A stretch of DNA of 64,000 nucleotides, taken from the NCBI RefSeq assembly GCF_963921235.1, contig NC_086097.1, positions 144,896,001-144,960,000 on the forward strand, given 5' to 3'. How positions within the stretch are numbered: the stretch's first letter is position 1; each line of letters begins with the position of its first letter. This DNA is from Mobula hypostoma (Eukaryota). Position numbers and translations under genes: made by a program. Under the pieces are notes generated by a model, which had not been told where the DNA came from, did not search any database, and worked only from the letters and a program-made list of their open reading frames with translations. Below are positions 23,880 to 37,575 of the stretch, in pieces.

Positions 23880-24903
23880 ATGGACCCAGCGGACACGAGA
23901 ACCCTGCAACAAGCCCTCACAAGCCTGGTCTCCCTACAGCGTCTGCACAATCAACTTCTCTGGGATGTCATGGAGAACCTCCGTTCCCAGTCCGCTAACG
24001 TATCAAAGATCGGTGACCAAGTGGACCGTGTATCCACTCATCTTACCCCATCCACTCCTGGAACTCAGTCTAACCAGCCCAGACAGCCTGTACTGGCAAT
24101 CCCCTACGTGCCAGCAACACCCCCGACAAGAGAGCTGCACGTACCTGAACCAGAACATTATGCTGGGGATTTGGGGAAGTGCCGGGCCTTCCTACTGCAA
24201 TGCTCCTTGGTATTTGACCAGCAGTCATCCACGTACTCCACAGATAAGTCAAAGATAGCTTCTATCATGGGGTTGTTGCGGGGAAGTGCCTTAGCGTGGG
24301 CTACAGCTGACTGGGATAATCAACCAGATATCTGCTCTTCTTTCCCCAACTTTATCGCAGAAATGAAAAAGATCTTTGGCCACCCCGTCCATGGTAAAGA
24401 TGTCGCTAAGCGTCTACTCACTCTCCGTCAGGGCTACGCAGTGTTGCCGAATATTCCGTGGAGTTCCGGACTCGGGGTGGAACGATGAGGCACTCCAAGG
24501 GGTATTTCGGAACGCTCTCAGTGACAGGGTGAAAGACGAGTTGGCAGCAAGAGATGACACCAACAGCCTGGATTCCTTAATCTCCCTAGTCACCAGGTTG
24601 GACAATCATCTCCGAGAGCGCCATAGGAAAAGAACTAGTCGTCCACCACCTTTGGCCACTTCACGGCACTCATTACCGTCTCCCACCAGCACAAGCCTCT
24701 CTTCTCCTCCTGTTCCTAGAATAACTCCCAGCCTGGCCGTTTCCACCACCCTGGGAGAGGAACCCATGCAGCTGGGAAGGACCCATCTCTCTCCTACAGA
24801 GCAACTCTGGAGCTTCAGAGCAGGCGAGTGTCTCTATTGCGGCCAGTCTAGCCACTTCTGTGCTACCTGCCTCCTTCAGCCAAAAGGGAAGACTCACCAG
24901 TAG
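23880..24903 (+). pseudogene. gag: gag (capsid + CCHC knuckle), frameshifted near 24430-24470
   Basis: MDPAD.., [67 protein letters not shown]. Confidence 0.88.
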
Positions 24904-27900
24904 AAAGGGGGATCCTGGTGAGCCAGACAACATTCCCTTATGTCCCAGATGCAGATCCAAGCTACACTACATTACAACCAACAGTCCCACCCTGTCAGCT
25001 CTAGTGGACTCCGGTTCTGAGGGAAACCTTCTGGATGAAAACATAGCTTCCCGGGCCGGACTTCCTCCGGAGCCATTGAGTACCCCTCTGGAAACCCAGG
25101 CACTGGACGGCAGACTCCTGGCCAGAGTCACACACTGCACACCACCTCCATCTCTTATTCTCTCCGGGAACCATCGAGAGCAGGTACAATTTAACCTAAT
25201 TTCCTCTCCTCAAGCTCCTATAGTTCTTGGGTACCCCTGGTTAAGCCGCCATAATCCCCACGTTGACTGGTCCACCGGGAAGATAGTCAGCTGGAGTCCG
25301 TTCTGTCACTCCACGTGTCTACAGTCGTCCCTGTCCCCTGTGAAAGTCACCGCGACCTCGTCTGCCTCAGAAACCCCCCGACTTATCCAAGGTTCCAACA
25401 GAGTATCACGACCTGGGACAAGTGTTTAGTAAGCAACGGACCCTTTCCCTGCCTCCATACCAACCTTACGATTGTGCTATTGTACTTCTCTCCAGAACCC
25501 CTCTACCCACTAGTCGGCTGTATAACTTGTCCTGGCCAGAAAGGGAAGCAAGGGAGGCTTGCCTAAATGAATCTCTCGCAGCGGGTATTATCCGACCCTC
25601 ATCCTCCCCTGTAGGTGCAGGTTTCTTCTTTGTGGGGAAGAAAGACGGCTCACTGCACCCCTGCATTGACTACCGGGGCCTGAATAGCATCACCATAAAG
25701 AATAAGTATCCACTGCCCCTTATCAACTCTGCTTTAATACCCCTTCGTGGAGCCACAATCTTCTCTAAGTTGGACCTACTAAGTGCCTACCAGCTGGCCA
25801 GGATAAGGGAGGGAGATGAGTGGAAAACAGTTTTTAACACCGCTCTTGGTCACTTCAAATACCTGGTCATGTCATTCGGTCTCACCAATGCCCCCACCGT
25901 CTTCCAAGCCCTGGTAAACAATGTCCTTAGGGACTTTATTAACTGTTTCATTTCTGTTCATTTGGACGACATCTTAATCTTCTCCCGCAGTCTTCAGGAA
26001 CACACCCACCATGTCCGTCAGGTTCTGCAAAGGCTTTGGGAGAACAAACTATTCATTAAAGCTGAGAAGTGCGAGTTTCATGTCCTTCTGTCAGCTTCTT
26101 AGGGTACATCATCGAGAGCGGGCAAGTGAGGGCGGATCCCGAAAAGATCCGAGCAGTGGCGGAGTGGCCAAAACCTACGACACTCAAGCAACCCCAGTGA
26201 TTTTAGGGGTTCACAAACTTCTATCATCGCTTCATCAGGGATTACAACCGGGTGGCAGCTCCCCATACTCAACTCACCTCTCCTGCGACCCCTTTTCACT
26301 GGGACCCCAAAGTGGACTCAGCCTTCTCGGAGCTGAAGAGGCATTCCACCTCCGCTCCCATCCTGGTCCAACCTGACCCCACCTGTCAATTCATTGTGGA
26401 GGTCGATGCCTCTGGGTGGGAGTGGTCCTCTCCCAACGCTCCTGCCCAGACCAAAAACTCCATCCCCGCGCCTTCTTTTCTCGTCATCTTCCCCCGCCGA
26501 ACGGAACTACGACGTTGGGAACCGGGAGTTACTGGCTGTCAAACTCACCTTGGAGGAGTGGAGGCACTGGCTGGAGGGAGCTGATGTCCATTCATCGTCT
26601 GGACCGGTCTCAAGAATCTCGCATAGACTCAAACCACCAAATGCCTGAATTCCCACCAAGCCTGTTGGGCATTATTTTTTGGCCGTTTCAGATTCACACT
26701 TACCTATCGTCTGGGGTCCAAGAAAGGGAAGCCCGATGCTTTCTCCCATCAATACATCTCCGAGGGAGGCCTTTCCAACCCCGATACCATCCTGTGTAGT
26801 GGCTGCCCTCACCTGGGAGATGGAATCCATAGTCAAAGAGGCCCAACGGACTCAACCTGACCCAGGCAATGGACCCCCCAGTTGCCTCTTCGTGCCTGAC
26901 TCGGTTCAGTCTCAGGTTCTCCAGTGGGGGCATACTTCTTGTTTCGCCTCCATCCTGGAATCGATCTAACTCTGCCCCTTCTGAAGAGACATTTCTGGTG
27001 GCCCTCCATGGATACTGACACTCGCTCCTTCGTCTCTGCTAGTTCTGTTTGTGCCCGCGGAAAAGCCTCCCACCAACAACCTGCTGGGTTGCTTCATCCC
27101 CTACCTGTCCCTAGCCGCCCCTGGTCTCACATTGCGCTGGATTTCGATACAGGACTACACCCTTCGCTTGGGAACACTGCCCTACTCACCGTGGTGGACT
27201 TGCTTCTCCAAAGCTGTGCATTTTGTAGCCCTTCCCAAACTCCCTACAGTCTGTGAGACAGCCAACCTCCTTGTTCATCACATCTTCCGCCTTCGTGGTA
27301 TCCCCTCTGACATCATTTCTGACTGGGGCACCCAATTCATCTCTCAAGTCTGGAGATCCTTTTGTCAAGCCTTTGGAGCCTCCGTAAACCTGTCTTCCAG
27401 CTTCCATCCGCAGACTAATGGTCAAACAGAATGAGCAAACCAGGATTTGGAAGCAGCACTGCGCTGCATAACTGCCAACAACCCGTCATCCTGGAGCACC
27501 CATCTTGTTTGGGTCAAATACGCCCACAACTCCCTGGTCAGCACTGCCTCCGCAATGTTCCCCTTCAAATGCTCCCTCAGTTATCAACCCCCTCTGTTTC
27601 CTGCCCACGAAGATGACATCGTTGTGCCTTCTGTTCAGGCCTATCTCTGCTGGTGCCACAAGATCCGGAAGGATGCACGCATGGCCCTGCTCCGCTCAGC
27701 CAACCGCAACCAGAGGATTCCCAATCACCATCGAATTCCTGCACTAAATTATCGGCCCGGGCAGAAGGTTTGGCTCTCGTCAAAAGACACCCCCCTCGAG
27801 AATGAACGAAGAAACTCATCCCTCACTACCTGGGACCATTCGAGATTGAGAGTATTATCAACACCTCGGCGGTCAGACTCAAACTGCCCAGATCCATGCA

Positions 27901-28201
27901 CATTCATCCCACGTCCCACGTCTCCCAATTGAAGCCCTTTTCTGTCAGCCCTTTGTGCCCTCCTGCCAAACCCCCTTCACCCACCCGGATCATTGACGAA
28001 CACCCAGCATACACCGTCCAGCAAATACTGGGTGTGCACAGCCGAGGCAGAGGCCTCCAGTACCTGGTCAATTGGGAGGGATATGGCCCGGAGGAACGCT
28101 CCAGGATTCCTCGCTCTTTCATCCTGGACCCTTCCCTCCTCCGTGATTTCCATCGAGACAATCCAGAAAAACCTGGTGGTCCGCCTCAAGGCTTCTGTTG
28201 A
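24860..28201 (+). pseudogene. pol: pol (protease, RT, RNase H, integrase, chromodomain) with multiple frameshifts
   Basis: [107 protein letters not shown]. Confidence 0.92.
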
Positions 28202-28212
28202 GGGGGGGTTAT

Positions 28213-29107
28213 TGTCACGGTCCCGATCGTTAATTAGAAACATAGAAACATAGAAAATAGGTGCAGGAGTAGGCCATTCGGCCCTTCGAGCCTGCACCGC
28301 CATTCAGTATGATCATGGCTGATCATCCAACTCAGAACCCTGTACCAGCCTTCCCTCCATACCCCCTGATCCCTTTAGCCACAAGGGCCATATCTAACTC
28401 CCTCTTAAATATAGCCAATGAACTGGCCTCAATTGTTTCCTGTGGCAGAGAATTCCACAGATTCACCACTCTCTGTGTGAAGAAGTTTTTCCTCATCTCT
28501 GTCCTAAAAGGCTTCCCCTTTATCCTTAAACTGTGACCCCTTGTTCTAGACTTCCCCAACATCAGGAACAATCTTCCTGCATCTAACCTGTCCAATTCTT
28601 TTAGGATTTTATAAGTTTCAATAATATCCCCCCTCAATCTTCTAAATTCCAGCGAGTATAAGCCTAGTCGATCCAGTCTTTCATCATATGAAAGTCCTGC
28701 CATCCCAGGAATCAATCTGGTGTACCTTCCCTATCTTTCTCCCAATTTCCTTTGACTGTGCCACGGTTCTGACCGTTAATTTCCCATTTGCTTTTAATTC
28801 TCTTTGATGACAGCACACCCGGTTTCCATCAGGACCTGCAGCATAAGAACCCTGGCGTTACAACCACTAGTCGCCAGATCGTTGGTTTTGTCTGTGTGGT
28901 GATTAACGTTTCCCGGCCGCTTAGGACCGTGTGTTCTAAGTTTTGCTCAGTTTCAAGGTTTACCTATGAGACTGCGTCTCTGTGTCAAGGCTCCGTGTCC
29001 AGATCCCTACTGTTTGCTGCTCAACGTTCACGTCTGCGTAAGCATCCTAACTCAATCTCCGTGCCTGTGTCCTGCTCTTGGGTTCACTTCATTCGCTCAT
29101 TGCCACA
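28213..29107 (+). repeat. 3' LTR of sushi-like Gypsy, split by a CR1 fragment
   Basis: TGTCACGGTCCCGATCGTTAATT | CR1 | CCCTATCTTTCTCCC...CATTGCCACA. Confidence 0.9.
28236..28728 (-). mobile_element. Young CR1 3'-end fragment
   Basis: ORF 28332-28715 IPGMAGLSYDERLDRLGLYSLEFRRLRGD..; (ACATAGAA)n tail. Confidence 0.92.
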
Positions 29108-29544
29108 TAAGGGCAATTACAAGCAAAGCACAACAGTGCGTCTACTTCCTTAGGAGTTGGCGAAGATTCGGTATGACATCTAAAACTTCGACAAACTTCT
29201 GGAGATGTGTGGTGGAGAGTATATTGACTGGTTGCATCACAGCCTGGTATGGAAATGCCAATACTCTTGAATAGAAAATCCTACAAAATGCAATGAATAT
29301 GGCCCTTCCATCATGGGTAAACCCCTTAGCCCCATCCCCCATTGAGCACATCCACATGAAACTTTGTTGCAGGAAAGCAGCATCCATCATTAGGGATGCC
29401 CACCTCCCTGGATATGCTCTCTTCTCAAGGTACTGGAGCCTCAGGTCCCTCACCAGTAAGAACAGTTACAACCATTTAACCATCAGGCTCTTGAACCGGG
29501 GAGGATAACTTCACTCAATGTCACTCACCCCATCATTGAAATTT

Positions 29545-31785
29545 TCATTTCATTTCATTTTAAAATCTTTTTTATTAATTATTACTGAAAATCAACAAAA
29601 ATACATTAAAGTAATCAAGTCAACATGTCAATATGGACAATAAGAATTAAATTATCAAACAACTGGTTTACAAAGCTAAACAATATATCAATAATAAGAA
29701 GAAAAAACAAAATGTTAGAACTATTTTTTTGGAAAACAGAGTGAAAGAAGGGAAAAAGAACCCTTACTAACTAACACAAAAAAAAACCCTACTAATGAAA
29801 AAAATGGAAAAAACACCATTGGGAGCACAACCCTGGAGCTATACGCCATACAAACTTCCATAAAAGAAAAACATCAATCTGCCAACCAAATCCATTTAAA
29901 CAAGAATCATAAGGGGACCATCTTAATTAACTCAAATCAATTAATAGTAGCGGGCAAAAGAACCCCACCTTTTCTCAAAGTCAAATCGAGGATCAAAAGT
30001 TCGACTTCTGATTTTCTCCAAACTAAGACATAACATCACCTGCGAGAACCATTGTATCAAAGTGGGAGCAGAGGCATCTTTCCATTTCAATAAAATTGCC
30101 TTTCTGGCCAATAATGTGAAAAATGCAATTACAAATGTTTGTACATGTTGGTCTAATATAGAAATACCATGAATATATTGAGGGATTATACCGAACAAAA
30201 CTGTCAATTTATTAGGTTGTAAACTAATTTTTAAAGCTTTAGAAATTGTAGAGAAAATAGATTTCAAAAACTGTTTCAATACAGAACACGACCAAAACAT
30301 ATGCATCAATGTAGCTGTCTCAGTTTTACATCTATCACACTGACTATCAACATTAGGAAATATTTTAGACAGTCTCTCCTTTGTCAGATAGTAATGATGT
30401 ACAGTTTTAAATTGAATTAGAGAGTGACTGGCACAAATCGAAGAAGAGTTAACCAACTTCTGAATTCGCAACCAATCCAATGTTATCAAGGTCATGTTAA
30501 GCTCTCTTTCCCAATCTTGCTTAATCTTAAGTAAAGGATAATTGTACTGTTGTAATAGTAAATTATAAATTTTCTCAATAAAACCTTTCACTAAAGGATT
30601 CATTTTTAAAATAATGTCCAACAGGTCAGAATCTTGTATATATGGAAAATTACTTAAATGTTCTTGTAAGAAATGTCTGACCTGAAGATATTGTAAGAAA
30701 TGTGAGTACGAAAAAGAATATTTAGTTACTAAATTTTCAAAAGACATCAATCGGCCTTCTTAGAACAGATCCATGAAGGAATAAACTCCTTTATTCCTCC
30801 AAAAAGAAGAGGTAGGATCACTAAGTGAAGGTTTAAATAAGCAGTTTCGATAAATTAAACTAAGAAGGTTAAATTAAAAAGAATCACAAAACTGGTACCA
30901 AATTCGTAATGACTGCTTAATCATAGGATATAAATTTAGAATAGAAATTTTGGCCAGTTGTACAGGTAAAGAAGCTCCTAATAACGAAGTTAAGTAAAAG
31001 TGTTTCACAGCTTTCAATTCCAAATCAACCCAAGGAGGTCGTTCATTTTTATCAGTCCAACATAACCAAGAACACACATAATGTATATTAACAGCCCAAT
31101 AATACATTCTTAAATTAGGCAGAGCGAGACCTACATCCTTTTTTAATTTTTGTAAATGATATTTTCCAATTCTTGGTCTTTTATTATTCCAAACAAAAGA
31201 CGAAATAATTGAACCAACCTGATCAAAAAACTTCTTAGTTAAAAAAATAGGAATATTTTGAAATACATATAAAAATTTTGGTAAAATCATCTTCTTAACT
31301 GCATGAATTCGGCCAGCTAACAAAAGTGTAAGTGGATTCCATCTACAGAATAATTGGTTCATAAAATCCACTCAGGGAACCAAATTAGCTCTATAAAGGT
31401 CTCCGTAATTTTTAATGATGATAATACCTAAATATTTAAAAGAGTCCATAACTTTAAAAGGAATGTCATCATATATAGAAGCAGAATCATTTAAAGGAAA
31501 TAATTCACTTTTATAAAGGTTTATTTTATATTCCGAAAACTTTCCAAATTCATTTAATAATTTCAATAAACTAGGAATGGATTCTTCAGGATTCGAAACA
31601 TAAACTAAGAGATCATCAGCATAAAGGAAGATCTTATGAATAGTCCCATTTATGGAAATTCCTTGAATATCTTTAGCTTCATGAAGTGCAATGGCCAAAT
31701 TAAATAATCGGGGACTTAACGGACATCCTTGTCTCGTACCCCATGAAAGTCGAAAAAAAGGAGATCTGCAATTATTAGTAATAAC
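29545..31785 (-). mobile_element. L1-clade LINE, 5'-truncated (RT C-half + zinc finger), same family as 43416-49441
   Basis: GTRQGCPLSP, LYADDLLVY, MILPKFLYVFQ, CDRCKTETATLMHMFWSC. AATAAA followed by a (TGAAA)n tail. Confidence 0.92.
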
Positions 31786-32088
31786 CATGACCTATGGATT
31801 CACTTTCAAGGATTCTTCATCTCATTTTCACAATATTTATTGCTTATTTCTTTTTTTATTTGCTTGTTTGGTTGTTTGATTGTTTATTTATTTATTTATC
31901 TTTTGTATTTGTACAATTTGTTGTCTTTACCATATTGGTTGTTTGTCTGTCCTGTTAGGTGTAGTCTTTCATTGATTCGATTACGTTTCTTGGTTTTACT
32001 GAGTATGCCTGCAAGGAAATAAATGTCAGAGTTGTTTATGGTGATATATACAATATGTACCTTGATAATAAATTTACTTTGAACTTTG

Positions 32089-32615
32089 ATGATCCTCTCA
32101 GCAGCCCTCGCAATCCTTTGTAGGGTCTTGTGGTCAGATGCCTTGCAATTCCTGTACCAGTCAATGATGCAGCTGGTCAGGGCACTGTCAATGGTGCTCC
32201 CGTAAAAAATGGTTAGGATGGGGTAAAGGGTGTGCCTTGCTCACCTTCAGGAAGTGGACATGCTGCTTTGCTTTCTTAATTAAATGGGTAATGATGAGGG
32301 ACAAAGAGAGATCGTCCGTTATATGCACTCCCAGAAAATTGGTGCTCCTAACTCTGTCCACAATGGTCTTGCTTATGTGCAGTAAGGAGTGGTCAGCCAA
32401 CACCTTCGTAAAGTCTACAATCATTTCTTTCGTCTTGTCAATTTTGAGACTCCAGTTGTGTTCGCACCATTTTACCAGCTGCTCTATCTCCTCCCTGTAC
32501 GCGTCTCGTCATCATTATAGATGACACCAGCCACTGTTGTACCATCAGCGAACTTGACAATTTGGTTCAAACTGAATCTAGCAGTACAGTCATACTTCAG
32601 CAGTGTGAACAGCCG
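32089..32615 (-). mobile_element. Rex1-like RT C-terminal fragment
   Basis: Minus strand VKFADGTTV, MIVDFTK..FLGVHITDDL..KKAKQHVHFL. Confidence 0.7.
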
Positions 32616-33619
32616 CGGTGGGGGGGGGGGGGGCCTAAGTTCTCAGTATTCTTATTCTTCAGTGTTCAGAAGTTCTTATTGAACCTCTACATTCGCTTTC
32701 ATCTCCCATCTAGTGCAAAGCAGTGGGGTGGCAGGGTAGTGGTTAGTACAGTGCTTTACACCCACAGTCCAAAGGTGCAACCGGTTGGTAAGTTAAATTG
32801 TTATTGTTAATTGTCCTGTGATTATTTTAGGGTTAAAATCGGAGGGCAGCACGGTTTGAAGAAGCGGAAAGACCTATTCCCCACTGTATGCCAATAAATA
32901 AATAAATAAATTGGTTAATATAATCCACCAATTTAACCTCGCCTTCCTTGATGTCTCCTTAAAGGAAAACAGAGAAGACAGGAATCAGGTAGCATCTGTT
33001 GAGAAACAGTGATGACGTTTCCAATGTTAATTCTTTCTGTAGGAGTATTGTCTGACTCTGACTCTATCCTGCACTCACTGTCCTTAGTTCAGATTTCCAG
33101 GTTTCCAGTATCAGCAATTTTTTGCATTTTGCTTCTTCCTTATGTGCCTTGGTATCAAAGTAAATTTGATAATGCTTAGATGAAGCACTTTAGGATGTAT
33201 GGATGCAATATAAATGTAACGCTGTCGCATCTTCCTCACATAACTGGTAAAAAAAATTATTTCCTTGAATCTAACATCAGTGGTGATGCCCACTCAGCCA
33301 CTCTGCCTGTGCTATGTAATTACTTTAATTAATCCTACTGTCCCCATTTTCTCTTTTTTCCTTTTTAATTATTTATTTCCAAGGAATTTCTCCTCAATCT
33401 GCCTCTGCACAATTATGAGGCTGTACATTTCAGATCACTTTAACTCACTGCGTACAGAAGTATTTCCTTTTTGTCCCCATGTGATTATATGAATAATCAT
33501 AAACTTAAATCCACTAATTGGTGGTGACTCTCTTTGCTACATTTCTCTTCGTTGCTTTGTCAAAACTCTGAGATTGAAGGTCCTGTACTGAATTAAGGTT
33601 CATGCATTTGCCTTGCTTT

Positions 33620-33795
33620 GAGCAACACACACAAACTGCTGAAAGAACTCAGCAGGTCAGGCAACATCTATGGAGAGGAATAAACGGTTAACAGTTTGGA
33701 TTGTGATTCTTCATACAGATTTGCCTGACCAGCTGAGTTCCTCCAGCATTCTGTGTATGTGCCTCTGGATTTCCAGCATTTGCAGAATCTCTAGT
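33620..33795. repeat. Palindromic (inverted) Penelope terminal-repeat unit, decayed
   Basis: CACACAAACTGCTGAAAGAACTCAGCAGGTCAGGCAA ... TTGCCTGACCAGCTGAGTTCCTCCAGCATTCTGTGT. Confidence 0.75.
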
Positions 33796-33810
33796 TTATT
33801 AATTTTATCC

Positions 33811-36250
33811 TAGAGACATAGAAACATAGAAAATAGGTGCAGGAGTAGGCCATTCGGCCCTTCAAGCCTGCACTGCCATTCAGTATGATCATGGCTGATC
33901 ATCCAACTCAGAAACCTGTACCTGCCTTCTCTCCATAGCCCCTGATCCCTTTAGCCACAAGGGCCATATCTAACTCCCTCTTAAATATAGCCAAATAACT
34001 GGTCTCAACTGTTTCCTGGGGCAGAGAATTCCACAGATTCACCGCTCTCTGTGTGAAGAAGTTTTTCCTCATCTTGGTCCTAAAAGGCTTCCCCTTTATC
34101 CTTAAACTGTGACCCCTCGTTCTGGACTTCCCCAACGTCAGGAACAATCTTCCTGCATCTAGCCTGTCAATCCCTTTAGGATTTTAAATGTTTCAATCAG
34201 ATCCCCCCTCAATCTTCTAAATTCCAGTGAGTATAAGCCTAGTCGATCCAGTCTTTCATCATATGAAAGTCCTGCCATCCCAGGAATCAACCTGGTGAAC
34301 CTTCTTTGTACTCCCTCTACGGCAAGAATGTCTTTCCTCAGATTAGGGGACCAAAACTGCACACAATACTCCAGGTGTGGTCTCACCAGGGCCTTGTACA
34401 ACTGCAGTAGCACCTCCCTGCTCCTGTACTCGAATCCTCTTGCTATGAATGCCAGCATACCATTCGCCTTTTTCACTGCCTGCTGTACCTGCATGCCCAC
34501 TTTCAATGACTGGTGTATAATGACACCCAGGTCTCGTTGCACCTCCCCTTTTCCTAATTGGCCACCATTCAGATAATAATCTGTTTTCCTGTTTTTGCCA
34601 CCAAAGTGGATAACCTCACATTTATCCACATTAAATTGCTTCTGCCATGAATTTGCCCACTCACCTAACCTATCCAAGTCACTTTGTATCCTCTTAGCAT
34701 CCTCCTCACAGCTAACACTGCCGCCCAGCTTCGTGTCATCTGCAAACTTGGAGATGCTGCATTTAATTCCCTCATCTAAGTCATTAATATATATTGTAAA
34801 CAACTGGGGTCCCAGCACTGAGCCTTGCGGTACCCCACTAGTCACTGCCTGCCGTTCTGAAAAGGTCCCGTTTATTCCCACTCTTTGCTTCCTGTCTGCT
34901 AACCAATTCTCTATCCATATCAATACCATACCCCCAATACTGTGTACTTTAAGTTTGCACACTAATCTCCTGTGTGGAACCTTGTCAAAAGCCTTTTGAA
35001 AATCCAAATATACCACATCCACTGGTTTTCCCCCATCCACTCTACCAGTTACATCCTCAAAAAATTCTATGAGATTCGTCAGACATGATTTTCCCTTCAC
35101 AAATCCATGCTGACTTTGTCCGATGATGTCACCGCTTTCCAAATGTGCTGCTGTCACATCTTTGATAACTGACTCTAGCATTTTTCCCACCACCGATGTT
35201 AGGCTAACTGGTCTATAATTGCCCAGTTTCTCTCTCCCTCCTTTTTTAAGAAGCGTGGTTACATTAGCCACCCTCCAATCCTCAGGAACTAGTCCAGAAT
35301 CTGAAGAGTTTTGAAAATTTATCACTAATGCATCCACTATTTCTTGAGCTACTTCCTTAAGCACTCTGGGATGCAGACCATCTGGCCCTGGGGATTTATC
35401 TGCCTTCAATCCCTTCAATTTACCTAACACCACTTCCCTGCTAACACGTATTTCCCTCAGTTCCTCCATCTCACTAGATCCTCAGTCCCCTACTATTTGC
35501 GGGAGATTATTTATGTCCTCCTTAGTGAAGGCAGAAACAAAGTAGTTATTAAATTGGTCTGCCATGTCCTTGTTCCCCATGATCAATTCATCTGTTTCTG
35601 ACTGTAAGGGACCTACATTTGTCTTAACCAATCTTTTTCTTTTCACATATCTATAAAAGCTTTTACAGTCAGTTTTTATGTTCCCTGCCAGTTTTCTCTC
35701 ATAATCTTTTTTCCCTTTCCTAATTAAGCCCTTTGTCCTCCTCTGCTGGACTCTGAATTTCTCCCAGTCCTCAGGTGTGCCGCTCTTTCTGGCTAATTTG
35801 TATGCTTCTTCTTTGGAATTGATATTATCCCTAATTTCCCTTGTCAGCCGTGGGTGCACTACCTTCCCTGGTTTATTCTTTTGCCAAACTGGGATGAACA
35901 ATGGTTGTAGTTCATCCATCCAATCTTTAAATGCTTGCCATTGCATATCCACCGTCAACCTTTTAAGTGTCATTTGCCAGTCTATCTTAGCTAATTCACG
36001 TCTCATACCTTCAAAGTTACCCTTCTTTAAGTTCAGAACCTTTGTTTCTGAATTAACTATGTCACTCTCCATCTTAATGAAGAATTCCACCATATTATGG
36101 TCACTCTTACCCAAGGGGCCTCTCATGACAAGATTGCTAATTAACCCTTCCTCATTGCTCAATACCCAGTCTAGAATGGCCTGCTCTCTAGTTGGTTCCT
36201 CGACATGTTGGTTCAGAAAACCATCCCGCATACATTCCAAGAAATCCTCT
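33811..36250 (-). mobile_element. Young CR1 LINE, 5'-truncated within APE, ORF2 nearly intact
   Basis: ORFs 35482-36327 and 34159-35469 are in frame and separated by one stop. RT motifs YLDFQKAFDKVPH, GVPQGSVLGP, KFADDTK. One C-terminal frameshift near 34165. Confidence 0.95.
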
Positions 36251-37575
36251 GTGTTCCCTTTCTGACTCTTGTCAGAGCCATGAACTGAGGCATTAGAGAG
36301 TGTCCAGAGGAGGTTCTCAAGAATCATCCCAGGTATATTGGGAGGTTGTTAGGTTCTCAGTGAGTAAGAGTGGCAAAGGTAACAAAGAGAAGGCAAGAGA
36401 ATGGGGCTGAGAGGGTAGACAGGATAGACATCAGCAACAAGCAGACTCAGTGTTTCCATCGAATGTTAATGGAACTTGATACAGAAAATGGTTTAAAACT
36501 GGGGAAAAGATCTGGTAAATATGGATCCAAGATCTTCTATTATAAAACAAAAAAAAATGAAGGAAACAACAGATTGGCAGCACCTGTGGAGAGAGAAATA
36601 GAGTTGGACATGACATGTTAGAGTTGGTGTTCAACAGAATTAAGAATGGTTAGAGTGAGCAAAATTTTGAACATTATATCTTTATTACAATTAAAATATA
36701 ACAGATTAACATTTTCTCAAACCATACGGAACTTACAAAAATTGACTTACTCATCTTTGTCAATTTTACTGTGACTAACTAGAATGTGAACAACCATTCT
36801 GTTGTTGAATGTATTGTGAGATAGGCCAATTTAAAGAAATGCTATCTAGATTACCTCCCGCAATCATAATAGTTACAAGAAAGTACAACAATATAGCTGG
36901 AGAATAACAGCAATAATTCTTTATCAATTAGTGTAATTGATAACAAATGACATCAGTTGATAACAATCTTCCAAAACATGAGGAAAAGAAACTGCCAGAG
37001 GAGAGTTTTGAAAATCATGGGTTTAAAGACACCTGTTCCTTCATAATAATTTCCATCAAATGTCTTGAGTAATCTATTTCAAAACGATATCCAAAGTATT
37101 TATACAAAAATAGTCCTCCCTCAGGAAAAAGGAATTTCATCTCATAGACATGTCAGCAGATTTCAACAATATCCATCATCAGTACATTGCAATATCTCAA
37201 CTTTTATAGAGTCTGTTGCTTATATGTTCCTGCTTCTGGGGTCCTATTTGCTAGTGGAATGTGGCATACAAAAGAACGGTGCTGATTTTAGCTGGTGTTC
37301 ATAAGTGTTTCAGTGTGATTATGCCAGCTTGCTGTTCAATGCCTTTGTGCAGTACTTTTTTCATCATGGATACTCCAAAGGTTAAACTGAAAACTTTACA
37401 GGATAAAGTTTCCTGAATGTATTTAGTCTTCTCCAAATATTACGAGTTGGCTATTGCCAATTCATCAAGAACTTTTTTACATTTTTTTAAGTCTGTAGTG
37501 ACTGTTTACAACATGTGACTTACTCCGCCGGCTTAGGTGTGAGTAAAAGGACATCAAAGTAGAAAGGACCAGAAA

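Larger units (their letters stand above)
23478..29107 (+). mobile_element. Complete Ty3/Gypsy LTR retrotransposon, Tf1/sushi (chromovirus) type, inactivated
   Basis: LTRs 23478-23863 and 28213-29107 (TG...CA), perfect 5-bp TSD TAAGG, PPT GAGGGGGGG at about 28200. Domain order gag-PR-RT-RH-IN-chromo. Confidence 0.95.
23380..32088 (+). mobile_element. Rex1-like 3' fragment in three pieces (23380-23477, 29108-29544, 31786-32088), host of the Gypsy and an L1
   Basis: EVEQVSSFKFL..EDLSW joins KAQQCVYFLRSWRRFGM..CVVESILTGCITAWYG. 3' end GATAATAAATTTACTTTGAACTTTGA. Confidence 0.75.

Noticed and set aside
23733..24903. PEG10/RTL-like host gene
   Set aside because: It lies between LTRs with a TSD, and gag and pol contain frameshifts and stops.
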